Shown here: positions 47,516 through 61,649 of the stretch, piece by piece
How positions within the stretch are numbered: the first letter of the stretch is position 1
Layout: every line of letters begins with the position of its first letter
DNA from: Felis catus
Taxonomy: Eukaryota
Assembly: GCF_018350175.1 (NCBI RefSeq)
Contig: NC_058373.1
Location: forward strand, 36,394,001-36,458,000
Length of the DNA: 64,000 bases
Reading direction: 5' to 3'
Translations under genes and position numbers: made by a program
Notes under the pieces: generated by a model
The model's database searches: none
Told to the model about the DNA's origin: nothing
What the model saw: only the letters and a program-made list of their open reading frames with translations

Positions 47516-48214
47516 TACTTGTCAATCAGGCAAAAAAAATGATACCTTACAGGTTTTGTTTGCCTTTGTCTGATTACTGAAGAAGTGAAACGTCATCATG
47601 GAAGGAAAAGTTGTAAAATGCTCTTTTTCTTATCTTTTTCTTTTTTCTCAGATGAATTGGCACACATTTTGCCATAGAAGGGACATGAGCTTCTTTTTTA
47701 TAGTCATGTTCCCAACTGGTGGCTTTTTTTTGTTTTTTGGGGTTTTTTTGGGGGGAATAAAGTACCTTTTTTTCCCTACTTTTTTTTTTTTTTGTTTCGA
47801 AGGCATGACATGTTTTCATTCTATCCCTATGGCAGATGGCTGATTTTTGGGCCTGATTTTGAGTCTCGAGTCTGTAGCCCATAGATACTTCCCTGCTTGC
47901 TGGAGGATGGAGACACTGCTATGGCATTTCCTCTGCCAGGGAAAGTCAGGGAAGGCCTCTGAGATGTGGACAGAGGGCAGGGGAGACCGTGGGTCACTGG
48001 CCTGTGCTCCTCTGGGTGGCTAGTCTGCCACCTGTGTCCTGGAGCCCAAATCCCCTTACCCCCTCGAGGTCTCTGGCTATTGCCCAATATCTCCTTAATA
48101 GCAAAACTTCCTGAACGAGTTGCCTATACTCAGTCTCTACTTCCTCATTTCCTTTTTTTTTTGGAGAAGGTGGGAACCCACTCCAATCAGACTTCTATCC
48201 CAAAAGAAGCCTTT

Positions 48215-48448
48215 CTTTTTTTTTTTTTTTTAATTTTTTTTTCAACGTTTTTATTTATTTTTGGGACAGAGAGAGACAGAGCATGAACGGGGGAGGGGCA
48301 GAGAGAGAGGGAGACGCAGAATCGGAAACAGGCTCCAGGCTCCAAGCCCTCAGCCCAGGGCCTGACGTGGGGCTCGAACTCATGGACCGCGAGATCGTGA
48401 CCTGGCTGAAGTCGGACGCTTAACCGACTGCGCCACCCAGGCGCCCCA
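48215..48448 (-). mobile_element. Young SINEC_Fc-type Can-SINE
   Basis: TSD aagaagcctttctt. Confidence 0.93.
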
Positions 48449-48459
48449 GAAGAAGCCTT

Positions 48460-49885
48460 TCTTAATGAGATTACCAATAACCTGCCCATGGCTATGCCCA
48501 GGGGTTATTCTCAGTCCTTAGCAGCCTTCAGTGAAGGTGAGAGCGCCCTTTCCTTTTTGAACCTCGCTCTTCATTTGACTTCCAGGGTCTCGTCCTCTCC
48601 TGGTGTCCTTTCTAACTCACTGTCTCCTTCTCGGCCTCCTGCCTTATTGGTACATACTGTCCTTTCATCTGACTTTGAAAGTTGGGCTCAGTCCTCAGAC
48701 CTCTTTTCTTTTCTCTATAGGTTAGCTTCCTGCTAAGTGCATCTAGCTGTATGGTTTTTAAGTGCCTGCTCCATGTCTCCACTTAGATGTCAACGTGCAT
48801 CTCAGACCGAACGCCTCCCAAATTGGACTCGCGGTGTCCTTAACTCTGAGTCACCTGGCGTGAATGATCTCAGTGAATGATCCTCTCTCCATTTTACCTA
48901 GCTTTTCTGACGATAAACAACGGAGTATTCATCTACTCTTTTCTTCCACACACCTGACATCCAACCCACAAGCAAATTGCTTCTACATTGGAAATAGATC
49001 CAGAATCTAGACTGCCTCTCTGCGGCCATCACCCCAGCCAAAGCCACCATCACCGCTCACCTGGACTCTGACAGCCTCATTCACCTCCCTGTTCCACCCC
49101 TGTTTTCTACTCAGCCGCCCTGGAGATTCTGTTCAAATGTAAGTTAGATGAAATCACTCCCTTGTTTAAAGTCTTCGCGTGGTTTCTCGTCCTGCAAGGC
49201 CCCCCCCCGTTGTCCCTCCATGACATGGCCTCATGACCTGGTGCCCTCATCTTGGGCTCTCCCCCTCACTCACTCAACTCCAGCTACACTGGCCTCCTCA
49301 GTATTTCTTTCTTTTTTTGTAATGTTTATTTATTTATTTTGAGAGATTTTGAGGAGGGGGGGTGGAGAGAATCCCAAGCAGGCTCCATGTTCAGCACAGA
49401 GCCTGATACAAGGTTCTATCTCACAAACCTGAGATCATAACCCGAGCTAAAATCAAGAGTCAGGTACTTACCTGACTGAGCCACCCAGACACCCCCTCAG
49501 TATTTCTTGATCATACCAGGCACACTTCTGCCCCAGGGCCTTTGCACTGACTATTCCCTCTACCTGGAACACTCTTCTCCCACACATCTACCTGGCTAAC
49601 TGCCTCACATCCTTCAAGCTTTTGCTTCCCTCACACCTTCTCAGTGGAAGTCTACCCAGAGCACCCTATTTTAAATTGGGTGTCACCTTACCCCAAACTG
49701 CTAATTCTCATCACTCTGCTCTCTTCTTTCCACAGCATGTATTATTTTCTAACATACTACACAAAAATATACTTCCTTATGTTTGTTTTTTGTCTGCCTT
49801 CCCCCCAACTAGAATGTAAGCTCCAGGAGGGTGAGAACTTATCTGTTTTATTAGCAAATGAATCTAGAGACTAGCACAGTACCTG
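48460..49885 (+). mobile_element. L2 LINE fragment with inserted Can-SINE (~49305-49495)
   Basis: L2 motifs ctccacttagatgtc, ctagaatgtaagctcc, tagcacagtacctgg. SINE TSD cctcagtatttctt. Confidence 0.75.
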
Positions 49886-51242
49886 GGCTGTGAGTACCCT
49901 GTAGAGGAATCTCCCCACTCCAGCTGACCATTCCCAATGCCCCACTCTGGTTCTAAGGAGGGTCAGCAGGAACTGAGGGCCACCCAGCTCCAGGCATTAG
50001 TAAGGAGAAGTGGCCCCTCTGCCCAGCCTGCTAACTCTCTGCATGGCCTGGAAGAGCCACCTCCTCTCCAGGACTCGGTCTCTCATCTGCTCAATGGAGA
50101 CTTTTTTTTTTTTCCTGTGCTCCCTAAATCAGGACATAGTGTAAGAGTGGGTACGGAAATGCGTATTTTAAAGCCAAAACAAGTTGACCTCATTATGCAA
50201 CTCACATCTGGGAGAAAGGCTCACAAGGCTCTGTTTACAGACCATTTGCTGAGGATAATGCTCCTCCTGGAAGCCTGTCCCCCAGATTGGCACCCCTGGG
50301 GTCAAAAAAAATATATGCAGAAGTTCATTTCCTGCTGCTGTAAGTAGGGTTCATTCCACTGTGACGTGAAATATATATGGTGTATCCTTCCCAACTCCTC
50401 CCCTTGATCTTTCCATGGAAAAACAGGGCAGTTAAGGTCACCTAACACCATTCCAGAAAGTTCTGTTATGATTTTGACTGATATATACAATTTCAGAGGG
50501 TATGATTTCACCAGCTTTTCTTAGCTCCTTTGTAGGACCCGGAAGGCTGGGACAGGTCTTCCTTCTCTTTATCCCCTGCAGGGCTCGGCCCGCAGGAGCA
50601 GCTCCACAGGGGTTGCTGATTTGGTCCGTGTCGGTCTGTTGGGCCCCTGACTTGCTGTCCCGCAGTTGGAGGAAAACGTGGAAAGAGCAAATACTGCCCC
50701 TGGACCGGCAGCTTTTGCAGGGACCCCCGGGATCGTGGGGGGCATTAGCATTAGCAGTCCACGTCTCAGACTGCAACATGCTTGTGCAAACACTTCCCAG
50801 GAAGTCCCAATAAGATCCCAGTGGCATAGACACTCTGAGCCTCTGTCAGACAGACAAACTAAGGGGCAGAGCCCGGACCAGGATGCTCTGAGCCCCGCCA
50901 GTCCTGCCCGGGCTTCCTTCCCTCTTGGCAGAGATGTATCCTCGGCTGGGTGCTGAGTGTGCCTTGCTCGCTTGCAACGCGGAGACCTTACGGGAACTGC
51001 CTCTCTTCTGGACCAGCCCCTGGGAGCTCTCCGCCCCGCAAACTGCAAACCAGGCTCATCTGTCAAGGCCCGGCCCAACTTTGGCCTCCTGGAGACCCTA
51101 ACTGCTGTCCCTAGCCCTGAGTGTCCTGTGTTCCTGCAGCCCTTACTGGCTGCACCACAAACTTGGCCTGAACGCGTGCTGTCTTGCAACATCTCATACC
51201 ATTGCTTTGTATGGTAATTTAGTCCTTGGGTCATAATTTCCC

Positions 51243-51244
<2 letters not shown>

Positions 51245-51281
<37 letters not shown>
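51245..51281. repeat. (TG)n microsatellite
   Basis: Seen directly. Confidence 0.95.
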
Positions 51282-51282
<1 letters not shown>

Positions 51283-53814
51283 TGTACCTCTTCTCTTCCC
51301 CACTAGCCCATCAGCTCTAGAGAGGCGGAAACCATCTCCATTCATTGTTTATTTCACTCATCCATTCCTTCAAGAGGTAAACTGGTGATCAAGGGAGACA
51401 CACTTCCTCCCCTCACAGAACTTTTATTCCCTATTTATTCCTTATATCCCCACACAACTCAATATAATCCAGCTATATAACCAGCAGGCAAGAGTTCATG
51501 GGGACAGCCTCTAGCCAGCGAGTTCCAGCACCGTGTGTCCCTTTGGTCTGGTCAAAGCCAAGCAGGAAGGACCACAGAGACAGGGTCTGTGTGGGGCACC
51601 TTCTAGGTGACAACCCCAGAAAGGAATTCCTTCTGGGTCCTGCTCCGGGGATACTTTGGGGGCCCACCCATAAAAGGGTCAAAGCCCTCAGGCCCCGAAG
51701 AGGCCTTAAGGCTCACCAAGGGAACATTTCTTGGCATAGAGGGAGAAACCGAGGCACCTAGAGGTCTGTAGTCGCTCTCCTAGCCCAGTGCTCTTCTCCA
51801 AGGATCCCACTGAGGTAGGATTTCCTGCCGAAGAGAAGGACTCGTTTTGCTGCCTGGCAGTTGAGAGCAATTCTGGTGCACAGGAGTGTGTGGGTGGAAA
51901 GAGACCTCCTGAAGCCTGAGCTCTCGGTAGTGGGGATCTGTCCGCTCTGCCCACCGTTCTCTGTGCTTGGGAGGATTAGATCAAACGCCTGGCCCAGACA
52001 CTCAATTCGTTTTCACTCATTCAGAAGACCATTTTGATTATTTTCAACCAAGTTCCTGAAAAAGAACCCTAGTTGGTCTTCTTGAAGCAGAAAGAGCTGA
52101 GTGCACGTGACCTCAACTGCCGCCCCAGGGGTCTCGGTCCTGATGCTCCAGCTCACCCTACCACCCACACAATGGGCGCTTTGGGTCCACCCCTTGATGT
52201 CTGAGGCCAACATGCTCCTTTCCCTATTCCTTGTTTTCTTTGCCTGTTAAAAAGGGTCTGCTCAGCCCTGCTGCCGTGAGGTTGTCGGACTCTGCTGAGA
52301 TGCCACCATGAATACACTTCTCTGCAGGTGGCACTGGATCATGCTGGCTCCTGTCCCCCGTTGCTTCTCCTCCTGGAGGAGTCTGTTCTCTAGACAGAGT
52401 GAGACAGGGTTCCAGGGCTGGGTGAGGGCCTCTTCTCCTTGGCCACCCCCACCACCCCCTCCCAGCCGCCTTCAGAAACACACGCGGCCAGAGCCAACAG
52501 CTGCTGCCCCCACTGTTCAGCTCAGGTGACAAGTGTGAGGCACACTCCCATCGGTAAAAGAAGGCAATGGGTGGGCAGGGGTTTTTGTGGGGACCCCTTC
52601 CCCCTCCTTCCTCCCTGCTTTATGAGCTTGGAGAAGTCTAGAGACTTATAGAAATTATGTCTGCATACAGCCTTGGAGATGACATATTCCAGTGGCTTCC
52701 AAACACTTAACATTAATTTTTAGCTCCTTGGGTCATGTTTTAACTGACCTCAGTAAAAAAAAAAAATGCACACAGATTTTTTTTCTATGAAAGATCTAGT
52801 ACAACCTTTCCTTTCTAGAAGGGGAAGGTGAGGCCCAGCCCGAGGAGTGGATGTGGCTTCCTAGAGGTAACTCGGGAGTTGATGTGGCTGGGACTAGATC
52901 CCTGGTCCCCTAACACAACATTCTTTCCAGTAGCCTTAACACTGAGGAGGTGCCTGCAAAACTGAGGCTCGTCTCAGCATTGAGAAGGAGGAGGGAGACA
53001 GGATGGGGTACTTGCAGCTTACATGAGAAAAGAATCTTCAGCTAATCTAGGAACTCTGCAGATGTGTATCTTAATCCGGTTCCCTAAGAATTGGTTCTTG
53101 GAATAAGGCTGGCAGCTGTAAACTCGGACTTTTTATCGGAAGAAATAAAAATATTATTCTTGCCTTTTGTCGTTAAGAGGTTTTGTTAAGAGCCACCAGG
53201 CTTTGGGAAGGCCAGAGGAAGGAAGCGTGGGCTCAGATGTTAGACTTTGGAGAATGCCTATCCCTGGTTCCCACCGTGAGTTGTGGCCTGAGATCTTCAC
53301 CAAAGCTGACTTGCCTTGACTTCCCCTCTGTCCCCCGCTTCCCCCCTGCCTCATTTCTCTACCTTGCCTTGTCCTTCCTTTTGTCCCTTCTCTTGTGTTC
53401 CTTTAACCCTTTAATTTGCACACATAGGAACCACAGCATGAATGGCAAGGCCTTACTCTAAGGCAATGGCCCAGCCTGTGCCCAGAATGCTGGTTCCACA
53501 AGAGAAGCAATGGAGCATCTGGTGATTCGGGGTATATTGGCATATTACAGGCTCCGTGTTGACTAAACATGTCCTAGCCAATGACAAGAGGGCATTGCCT
53601 CTCTCCAGACTCAGAGTTCACCTGAACCTACTCCTTAAATCCTGGAGATGTGGAAGGGTTGGGGTCTTAACATAGATAGTTAAGGATATCTTAACTAGAT
53701 AGTTAAGGATATCTTAACATAGGATACTTCGGGAAGGCTCTAGATAGAGTCAGGCCCTTGGTTTAAGCACCAAACATATGATAGCTCTCCTCCTCATTTC
53801 TTTACCTAGTAAAC

Positions 53815-54030
53815 TCTTTTTTTTTTTTAATGTTTATTTATTTTTGAGAGAGAGACAGAGACAGAGCGTGAGTCGGGAGGGGCAGGGAGAGGGAGACAAA
53901 GAATCGGAAGCAGGCTCCAGGCTCTGAGCTGTCAGCACAGAGCCCGATGCGGGGCTCGAACCCACGAACTGCGAGATCATGACCTGAGCCGAAGTCGGAC
54001 GCTTCACCAACTAAGCCACCCAGGTTCCCG
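53815..54030 (-). mobile_element. Can-SINE
   Basis: Reverse-orientation body and T-tract. Confidence 0.9.
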
Positions 54031-56455
54031 TAAAGGTGCTTTTAGATGAGAAACATTTGTCTTCAGAGAAGGTACACCGTGCAGCACAGAGCACAGAATA
54101 CAGAGTCCTCCTAAAATAACACTGCTGACTCACTCACACACTAGTGCTACTAGAGGCATCTTTTGAACACTTGGGACCCAGATTGGTGTGAGGATGCTGC
54201 TGTCCCAGGGGGGAGGGGGTGTCCAAGCCCCCTGCACACAGGCCAGGCCTATATGTTGTGTCACCAGGAGCAATGGCTGCCATGGAAACTAGAAGCTACA
54301 GACCCCCTTTTCAGACTGCTAAATCCTGAGGGGGAGCTTTTGCAAACCCCGGGGAGAGGAGAAAGCAAGGATATGACAATACGGAACTTCTGTTCAACCT
54401 TGCTTAAGGAGGGTCCAAATGGGATTTAACTTCCTTTTAACAAAAGCCAGGCGTGAAGAAAAATAAATAAATAAACGAGGCATGCATGCATGCACATAAT
54501 GAAACTGGAACAGCACAAGAGAGTAGACAAGGGAAAAGGAGCCCGCCTCCCTCCTCAGCCCCTGGTCTCAGTTTCCAGGGGTGAGAGCATTCGTGGTGTT
54601 ATGTTTGTGGACTTGCACACAATGGATGATCACAGAGCCACCTGCACACACCACCTCGTTCTTTTTAGTGGCTGCAAGCATCCCATTTCCAGTCCCGTTT
54701 CAATGGACTTCCTCGATTTAGACACTCTCAGGAATGTTACATTAGCTGCACCTGGAATGATTTCATTTCTCCATTTACCTAGGCATTTCTGTCGACATAT
54801 ATTTATGCCTAATATTCCACATATTGCCAGGATTTGTAATCTGCATCTCCCTCCCTCCTAGGCTGACCCCCCTCCCCCCAAAGGCAACGTCTGGAAGGGA
54901 AAGCAGTGGCCAAGGGTTAGGAATGGAAGGTAGGGCACAACGACAAAAGGGAGGCCCAGGGAGCTCCTTTGTGGCGACTGAACAGCTCTGTACCTGGATC
55001 GTGGTGATGAGCACACAAATCTATACATGTGACAACAATACACAGAAGTACGCACACACACATACACACAAAGCTCTGTGGGGTTGTACCAATATCAACT
55101 TCTTGGTTTTAATATTACGTGGTAGTTTTACTTATGTTTTTACTATTGGGGGAAACTGGGTGAAGGGTACCTGGGACCTTTCTGTGCCGTATTGGCCACT
55201 CCCTGGGGATCTAGAATTATTTCGAAAAAAAGTGACCATGACAACAAGGTTGGAGTCTCCTGCATCCAAGTATTCCATTCCTGGCTCTGGTGCAAACCCT
55301 GGCACAGAGATGTGCTCAGTAAATATAAGTGGAAGAAGCAAGGGGTGTCTCATTTCTAGGCCTCAGTGTCCCCGTCTGGGAAATGAGGCCATGGACTGAA
55401 TGATCTCCGGTGGCCACACATCCCACACGTTTCCAGTCCCCACATTCCATTCTGTTTGGTCAGCACGTGCTCCTGCCTGTGGAACCAGTCAGCTGACTCT
55501 CCTCCTAACTGCTGATCTCCCGTACCGTCACCCCCTCCCTCTCACTTGCCGGCCCCATAGGCTGATACCCACTAAGTTTCCCAGCAGAACATAATAGTAG
55601 TGTGATGAACTCACCAGCCAAATTAAAATGGAAGATGTAGCACTTCTTGAAGAATGATCTTTCTTAAAGTCTCTGATGTGAAGAGCAACAGAAATTTGCC
55701 AGCTATGTCTTAGGGTGGCCTGGTTTGCTCGATGGACTGAAAGTATACAACCAAGCGAAAGAATAATGTAATAGTGAAGACAGGGTTCCAAGCTCCAACC
55801 TTCCTTCAAATGAGGCTGCCACAGTCTCTGTAGACCAAGCCTCGGGCTTGCTAGGATTTGAGGGGATACTGGCTTATAGTGGATAGTGTTGCTGCTCCAC
55901 ACAGACCCCTTTTCATCATTTCTGTGCCCTTGTTCACATTCCACAGACACCCTCACCTCTTCTGAGAAAACGGCTGAGGCCAAGAATGCTGGGCTTGGCC
56001 TGGGAGCCAAAATCTTCCTCCTCTCCCACTGGGTGATGAGCAGGGCAGCATGAAAGCCCAGCTCCCTGGCCCCAGCTTGGGACATGTGAGTGTCACTTAC
56101 ACTCTGGACTCTCCCTGTGGGATTGGGTGGCACTCAAGAGATAGGTGAGGCCTTTTGTCTGAGGCTGCACTGGCTTGGATTTCCCCTTCCCTGTTCTGCT
56201 TCCCAATCAATCCCCTTACAAGTGTTCCCTGGGAGCTTATTAAATGATTTGCTTACAAATTCACATCTCAGTACCCGCTTCTGGGGAATTCATTTGAGCA
56301 ATGGTGTCCTCAAACAAATTCTAGCCATTGAGATTTGTCGCAATGCCACTCCTAAAGGGTGGGTGTCATCATGGAGGGCCCCCCTCTCAGACTGAGGCTT
56401 GGTGAGTTCCTCCAAGGGTGCAATCAGGCAAGATGGTTAGAAAAGGAGTTGAGAG

Positions 56456-59400
56456 AAAATCAACAAGGGAACAGGAGCTTTGAATAACACACTGAATCAG
56501 ATGGACTCAACAGATAAATTCAGAACATTCCATCCTAATACAACAGAATACATATTCTTTTCAAGTGTACGTGGATCATTCTCCAGAATAGATCACATAT
56601 TAGGCCACAAAACAGGCCTCAACAAATTCAGAAGTTTGAAGTCATACCATGCACCTTTTCTGACCACAACGCTATGAAACTAGAAGTCAACCACAAGAAG
56701 AAATCTGGAAAGACAAAATACATAGAGGTTAAATAACATACTACTATTAAACAACGAATGGGTCAACCAGGAACTCCAAGAAGAAATTTAAAAGTACATG
56801 TAAACAAAGGAAAATGAAAACCCAATGGTCCAAAACCATTGGGATGCTGCAAAAGCAGTCATGAGAAGGAAGTATATAGCAATACAGGTCCTCCTCAAGA
56901 AGTAAGAAAACTCTCAAAAAAAAAAAAACACCTAAAATTATACCTAAAGGAGATAAAAAAGAGGAAAAAAATGAAGCCTAAAACCAGCAGAAGGAAGGAA
57001 ATAATATAGATTATACCAGGAATAAATGACATAGAAACTAAAAACAACAACAAACAAAAAACAAACAAAACAAAAGAAAAACCACAAAATAGTAGAACAG
57101 ATGGATGGAACTAGGAGCTGGTTCTTTGAAAAAATTAATAAGATTGATAACCTCCTAGCAGACTCTTCAAAATGAAGAGAGAAAGGACCCAAATAAACAA
57201 AATCATTAATGAGAGAGAAGAATTAACAACTAACACCACAGAAATACAATTATAAGAGAATATAAGAAAAATTACATGCCAATAAACTGGATAACCCAGA
57301 AGAAATGAATAGCTTCCTAGAAACAGATACATTACCAAAGCTGAGGAGGAAGAAATAGAAAATTTGAACAGGCTGATAACCAGCAACGAAATTGAATGAG
57401 TAATCAAAATCTGCCAACAAACAAAAGTCCACGGCTGGATGGCTTCACAGGTAAATTCTATCAAACATTTAAAGTAGAGTTAATACCTGTTCTCCTCAAA
57501 CTAAATAGAAAAGGAAGGAAAATTTCCAAAGTTATTGTATGGAGCCAGCATTACGCTGATATCAAAACCAGATAAAGACACAACACAAAAAAGGCCATGT
57601 TCTGATGAACATGAATGCAGAAATCCTACACGAAATACTGCCAAACCAAATCCAACAATACATTAAAAAAATAATTTACCACGATCAAGTGGGATTTATT
57701 GCTTGGTTCAATATTCACAAATCAATCAATGTGATACACCACATTATACACCACATTAATAAAAGAGAGGATAAGAAGCATATGATCCTCTCAGTAGACG
57801 CAGAAAAAGCATTTAACAAAGTACAACAAGCATTCATGATAAAAACGCTCAACAAAGTAGGAATAGAGGGGACATAACTCAACATAAGAAAGGCCATATA
57901 TGGAAAACATACAGATAATATCATCCCCAATGGGGAAAAACTGAGATGTTTCCCTCTACTGTCGGGAAGAAGACAGGGATGTCCATTCTCATCACTGTTA
58001 TTGAACATAGTACTGGAAGTCCGAGCCTCAGCAATCAGACCAGAAAAGAAATAAAAGGCATCCTAATTAGCAAGGAAGAAGTCAAACTTTCCTTATTCAC
58101 AGATGACATGATACTATATATAGAAAACCCAAAGGATTCCACCAAAAAATTGCTAGAGCTGGTACACGAATTCAGTAAAGTCACAGGATATAAAATCAAC
58201 ATATAGAAATCTGTTACATTTATATACACCAATAACGAAGCAGCAGAAAGTGAAATTCAGGAATCAATCCCATTTACAATTGCACCAAAGCCAATAAGAT
58301 ACCTAGGAACAGATCTGCCCCAAGAGGTAAAAGACCTGTACTCTGAAAACTATAAAACACCAATGAAAGAAATTAAAAATGACACAAAGAAATGAAAAGA
58401 TATTCCATGCTCAAGGATTGCAAGAACAAATATTGTTAAAATGTCCATACTACCCATAGCAATCTACACATTCAATGCAATCCCTATCAAAATACCAGCA
58501 GCATTTTTCACACAGCTAAACAAACAATCCTAAAATTTTTATGAAACCACAAAAGATCCAGAATAGCCAAAGCAATGTTGAAAAAGAAAAGTACACCTAC
58601 AGGCATCACAATTTCAGACTTCAACTTATATTTCAAAGTTATAGTGATTAAAACAGTATGGTACTGGCACAAAAATAGACACATACATCAATAAAACAGA
58701 ATAGGAAGCCCAGAAAGAAACCTACAACTATATGGTTAATTAATCTTCAACAAAGAAATAAAGACTATCCATATGGGAAAAAGACCATCTCTTCAACAAA
58801 ATGGTGTCGGGAAAACTGGACAGCCACATGCAAAAGAATGAAACTACACCATTCTTTTTCATCATACACAAAAATAAACTTGAAATGGATTAAAGACCTA
58901 AATATTAGACCTGAAAAGAGAAAAATCCTTAAAGAAAGCACAGGCAATAATTTCTCTGACATTGGCCATAGCAACTTTTTTCTAGATATGTCTCCTGAGG
59001 CAAGAGAAACAAAAGCAAAAATAAACTAAACAAAAATACTAATTCAAAGGAATACATGCATCCCAATGTTTATAAAGGCATTATAAACAATAGCCCAAGT
59101 GTCCATGGACTGATGAATGGATAAAGAAGATGCGGTAGATGCAGACAATGGAATATTACTCAGCCATAAAAAGGAATGAAACTTTGCCACTTGCAACGAT
59201 TATGGGTGGAGCTAGAGAATATTACGCTAAGTGAAATAAGACAGAGAAAGACAAATACCACATGATTTCACTCAGATGTGGAATTTAAGAAACAAAACAA
59301 AGGCGCCTGGGTGGCTTAAGTCGGTTAAGCGTCCGACTTTGTCTCAAGTCATGATCTCGAGGTTCATGAATTCGAGCCCCCTGTTGGGCTCTGGGCGGAC

Positions 59401-59785
59401 AGCTCAGAGCCTGGAGCCTACTTCAGATTCTATGTCTCCCTCTCTGTTTGCCCCTCCCCTGCTCTGTCTCTCTCCCTCTCTCTCAAAAATAAACATTAAA
59501 TTAAAATTTAATTTAATTTTAAAAAGAAACAAAGCAAATAATCATAGGGGAGGGAGAGAGAGAGGCAAACCAAGAAACAGACTCTTAACCATAGAGAACA
59601 AACAGTTACCAGAGGGGAGGTTTTTGGGGGAGGGGTGAAATAGGTGATGGGGATCAAGGCGTGCATTTGTTGGGATGGGCACTGGCTGATGTATGGAAGT
59701 GCTGAATCGCTATATTGTACACCTGAAACTAATATCACAGTGTATGTTAACCAACTGTTTAAATAAAATCTTTAGAAAAAGAAAA
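56456..59785 (+). mobile_element. 5'-truncated, decayed carnivore L1 (ORF2 EN/RT remnants and 3' UTR)
   Basis: ORF2 remnants [39 protein letters not shown] with stops and frameshifts. 17-bp TSD agaaaaggag(t/c)tgagag at 56439-56455 and 59786-59802. Can-SINE inserted at ~59302-59520. Confidence 0.95.
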
Positions 59786-60524
59786 AGAAAAGGAGCTGAG
59801 AGCAGGGACTGGCTGCAGAGGGAAGGGCGAAAGGTGGCTGTAGCAAAAACTAACATCACGTAACTTGCTGTTGATAACTGCAGCCTAGCGAGAGGCCCAG
59901 GAAGAAAAGTTGCAGTCTGCCTCTGGGCCAGTGCAGCCAGTACCAAACACGAAGCTGGGCTATGTTTGCCCTCCAGTCTCCCTTATGTTCTCCACTTCCC
60001 TCCCTGTAGGCCCCCAGCTCCAGGCACAAACTCTCCAGACTGTATTATTTAAATAGCACTACTGAGGTATGATTGCACGCAATAAACCACAACTATTTCA
60101 GATGTGCAATTTGAGGTTTTGGCACATGCATATAACCCATAACACCATCATCGCAGTGAACAGCAAGTATACTCATCGTCCCCCAAAGTGACTTGTGATC
60201 CTCAATCAGTGTCAGAAGGACATAGCAACACGGAGGTGGAAACAGCGAGAATCCAGGGACAAGGGTGCCAAGTGGTGTCCAGATCGCACTGTTCCTGAAG
60301 GTGACTTGGCTGTGTTTCTGTCTACCAGCTTCCTTTAGGTGTGTGAACACTCTGACCCTGGCTTTTCAACTTCTCCATCAATCTGTGAACACCCTGATAG
60401 CCTAATCAAGTACTGCGGAAGTTACTTATCACATAAAACCTCAACTGACAGATGAAGGGTGGGGAATGGATGAAGGGTGGGGAATCTCTGGACAGAGATT
60501 TCTAGGCAGGGGTTGACCCAGAGA

Positions 60525-61556
60525 CCTTCAAATCCATCGGTTTCTCTCCTTAAACCTCATGAGCCAATCTCTGCTAACTTCCCAATTTTCTTCGGCAGCC
60601 TCCTCACNNNNNNNNNNNNNNNNNNNNNNNNNNNNNNNNNNNNNNNNNNNNNNNNNNNNNNNNNNNNNNNNNNNNNNNNNNNNNNNNNNNNNNNNNNNNN
60701 NNNNNNNNNNNNNNNNNNNNNNNNNNNNNNNNNNNNNNNNNNNNNNNNTTTTGAGACGGAGAGAGACAGAGCATGAACGGGGGAGGGTCAGAGAGAGGGA
60801 GACACAGAAACAGGCTCCAGGCTCCGAGCTGTCAGCACAGAGCCCGACGCGGGACTCGAACTCACGGACCGTGAGATCATGACCTGAGCCAAAGGTGGCC
60901 GCTTAACCGACTGAGCCACCCAGGCGCCCCTATCTTTCTTTCAGATCACTAAAGCTTTTTCCGTATCAGCAATAAGGTCGTTTTGCTTTCTTATCACTCA
61001 TGTGTTCACTGGAGCGGTGCTTTTAATTTCCTTCAAGAGCTTTTCCTTTGCATTCGCAACTTGGCTAACTGGCACGAGAGGCCAAGCTTCTGGCTTATCT
61101 CTGCCTTCAACATGTCTTCCTTACTAGCTTAGTCCCTTCTAACTTCTGATTTAAAATGAGAGATGTGTGACTCTTGGTTTCACTTGAACACGTAGAGGCC
61201 ATTGCAGGTCATTAATTGGCCCAATTGTGATATTGCTGTGTCCCAAGAAACAGGGAGGCCGAAGAGGGAGAGACACAGAGAAATGGCCGGTCTGAGGAGC
61301 AGCAGAGACACATGAGATATGTATCAATTAAGTTTGCCATCTCATATGGGTGTGGTTTGTGGAGCCTCAACAGTTACAACGGTAACCTCAAAGATCTCTG
61401 ATCACAGGTCACCATAGGAGATATAACAATAACAAGGAAAAAGTTCCAAGTATTGCAAGGATTACCAAAATGTGACACAGAGACACAAAGTGAGTGAATG
61501 CCACTGGGAAAATGGTGCCCCTACGCTTGCTCGATGCAGAGTTGTCACAAACCTTT

Positions 61557-61588
<32 letters not shown>

Positions 61589-61644
61589 GAAGCAATATTT
61601 GCAAAGCATAATAAAGTGGAGTGCAATCAAGTGAAGTGTACCTG
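60525..61644 (-). mobile_element. Tigger1-like DNA transposon 5' portion, interrupted by a gap and a Can-SINE
   Basis: The reverse complement resembles the Tigger1 left end (caggtacac...gctttgcaaatattgc...ggtttgtgacaactctgcatcgagcaag) and ends at TA. Confidence 0.8.
60608..60747. other. Assembly gap
   Basis: Run of N. Confidence 1.
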
Positions 61645-61649
61645 TACCT

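Noticed and set aside
50569-51345. 258-aa minus-strand ORF
   Set aside because: Runs through a (CA)n microsatellite, with no homology recognised.
52303-52529. Perfect Kozak GCCACCATG with an MNT start resembling the human NOX5 N-terminus
   Set aside because: Wrong strand. The true orthologous exon is at 41399-41350.
56480-59029. Reverse-transcriptase/endonuclease-like ORFs
   Set aside because: Fragments of a dead L1 with many stops and frameshifts.
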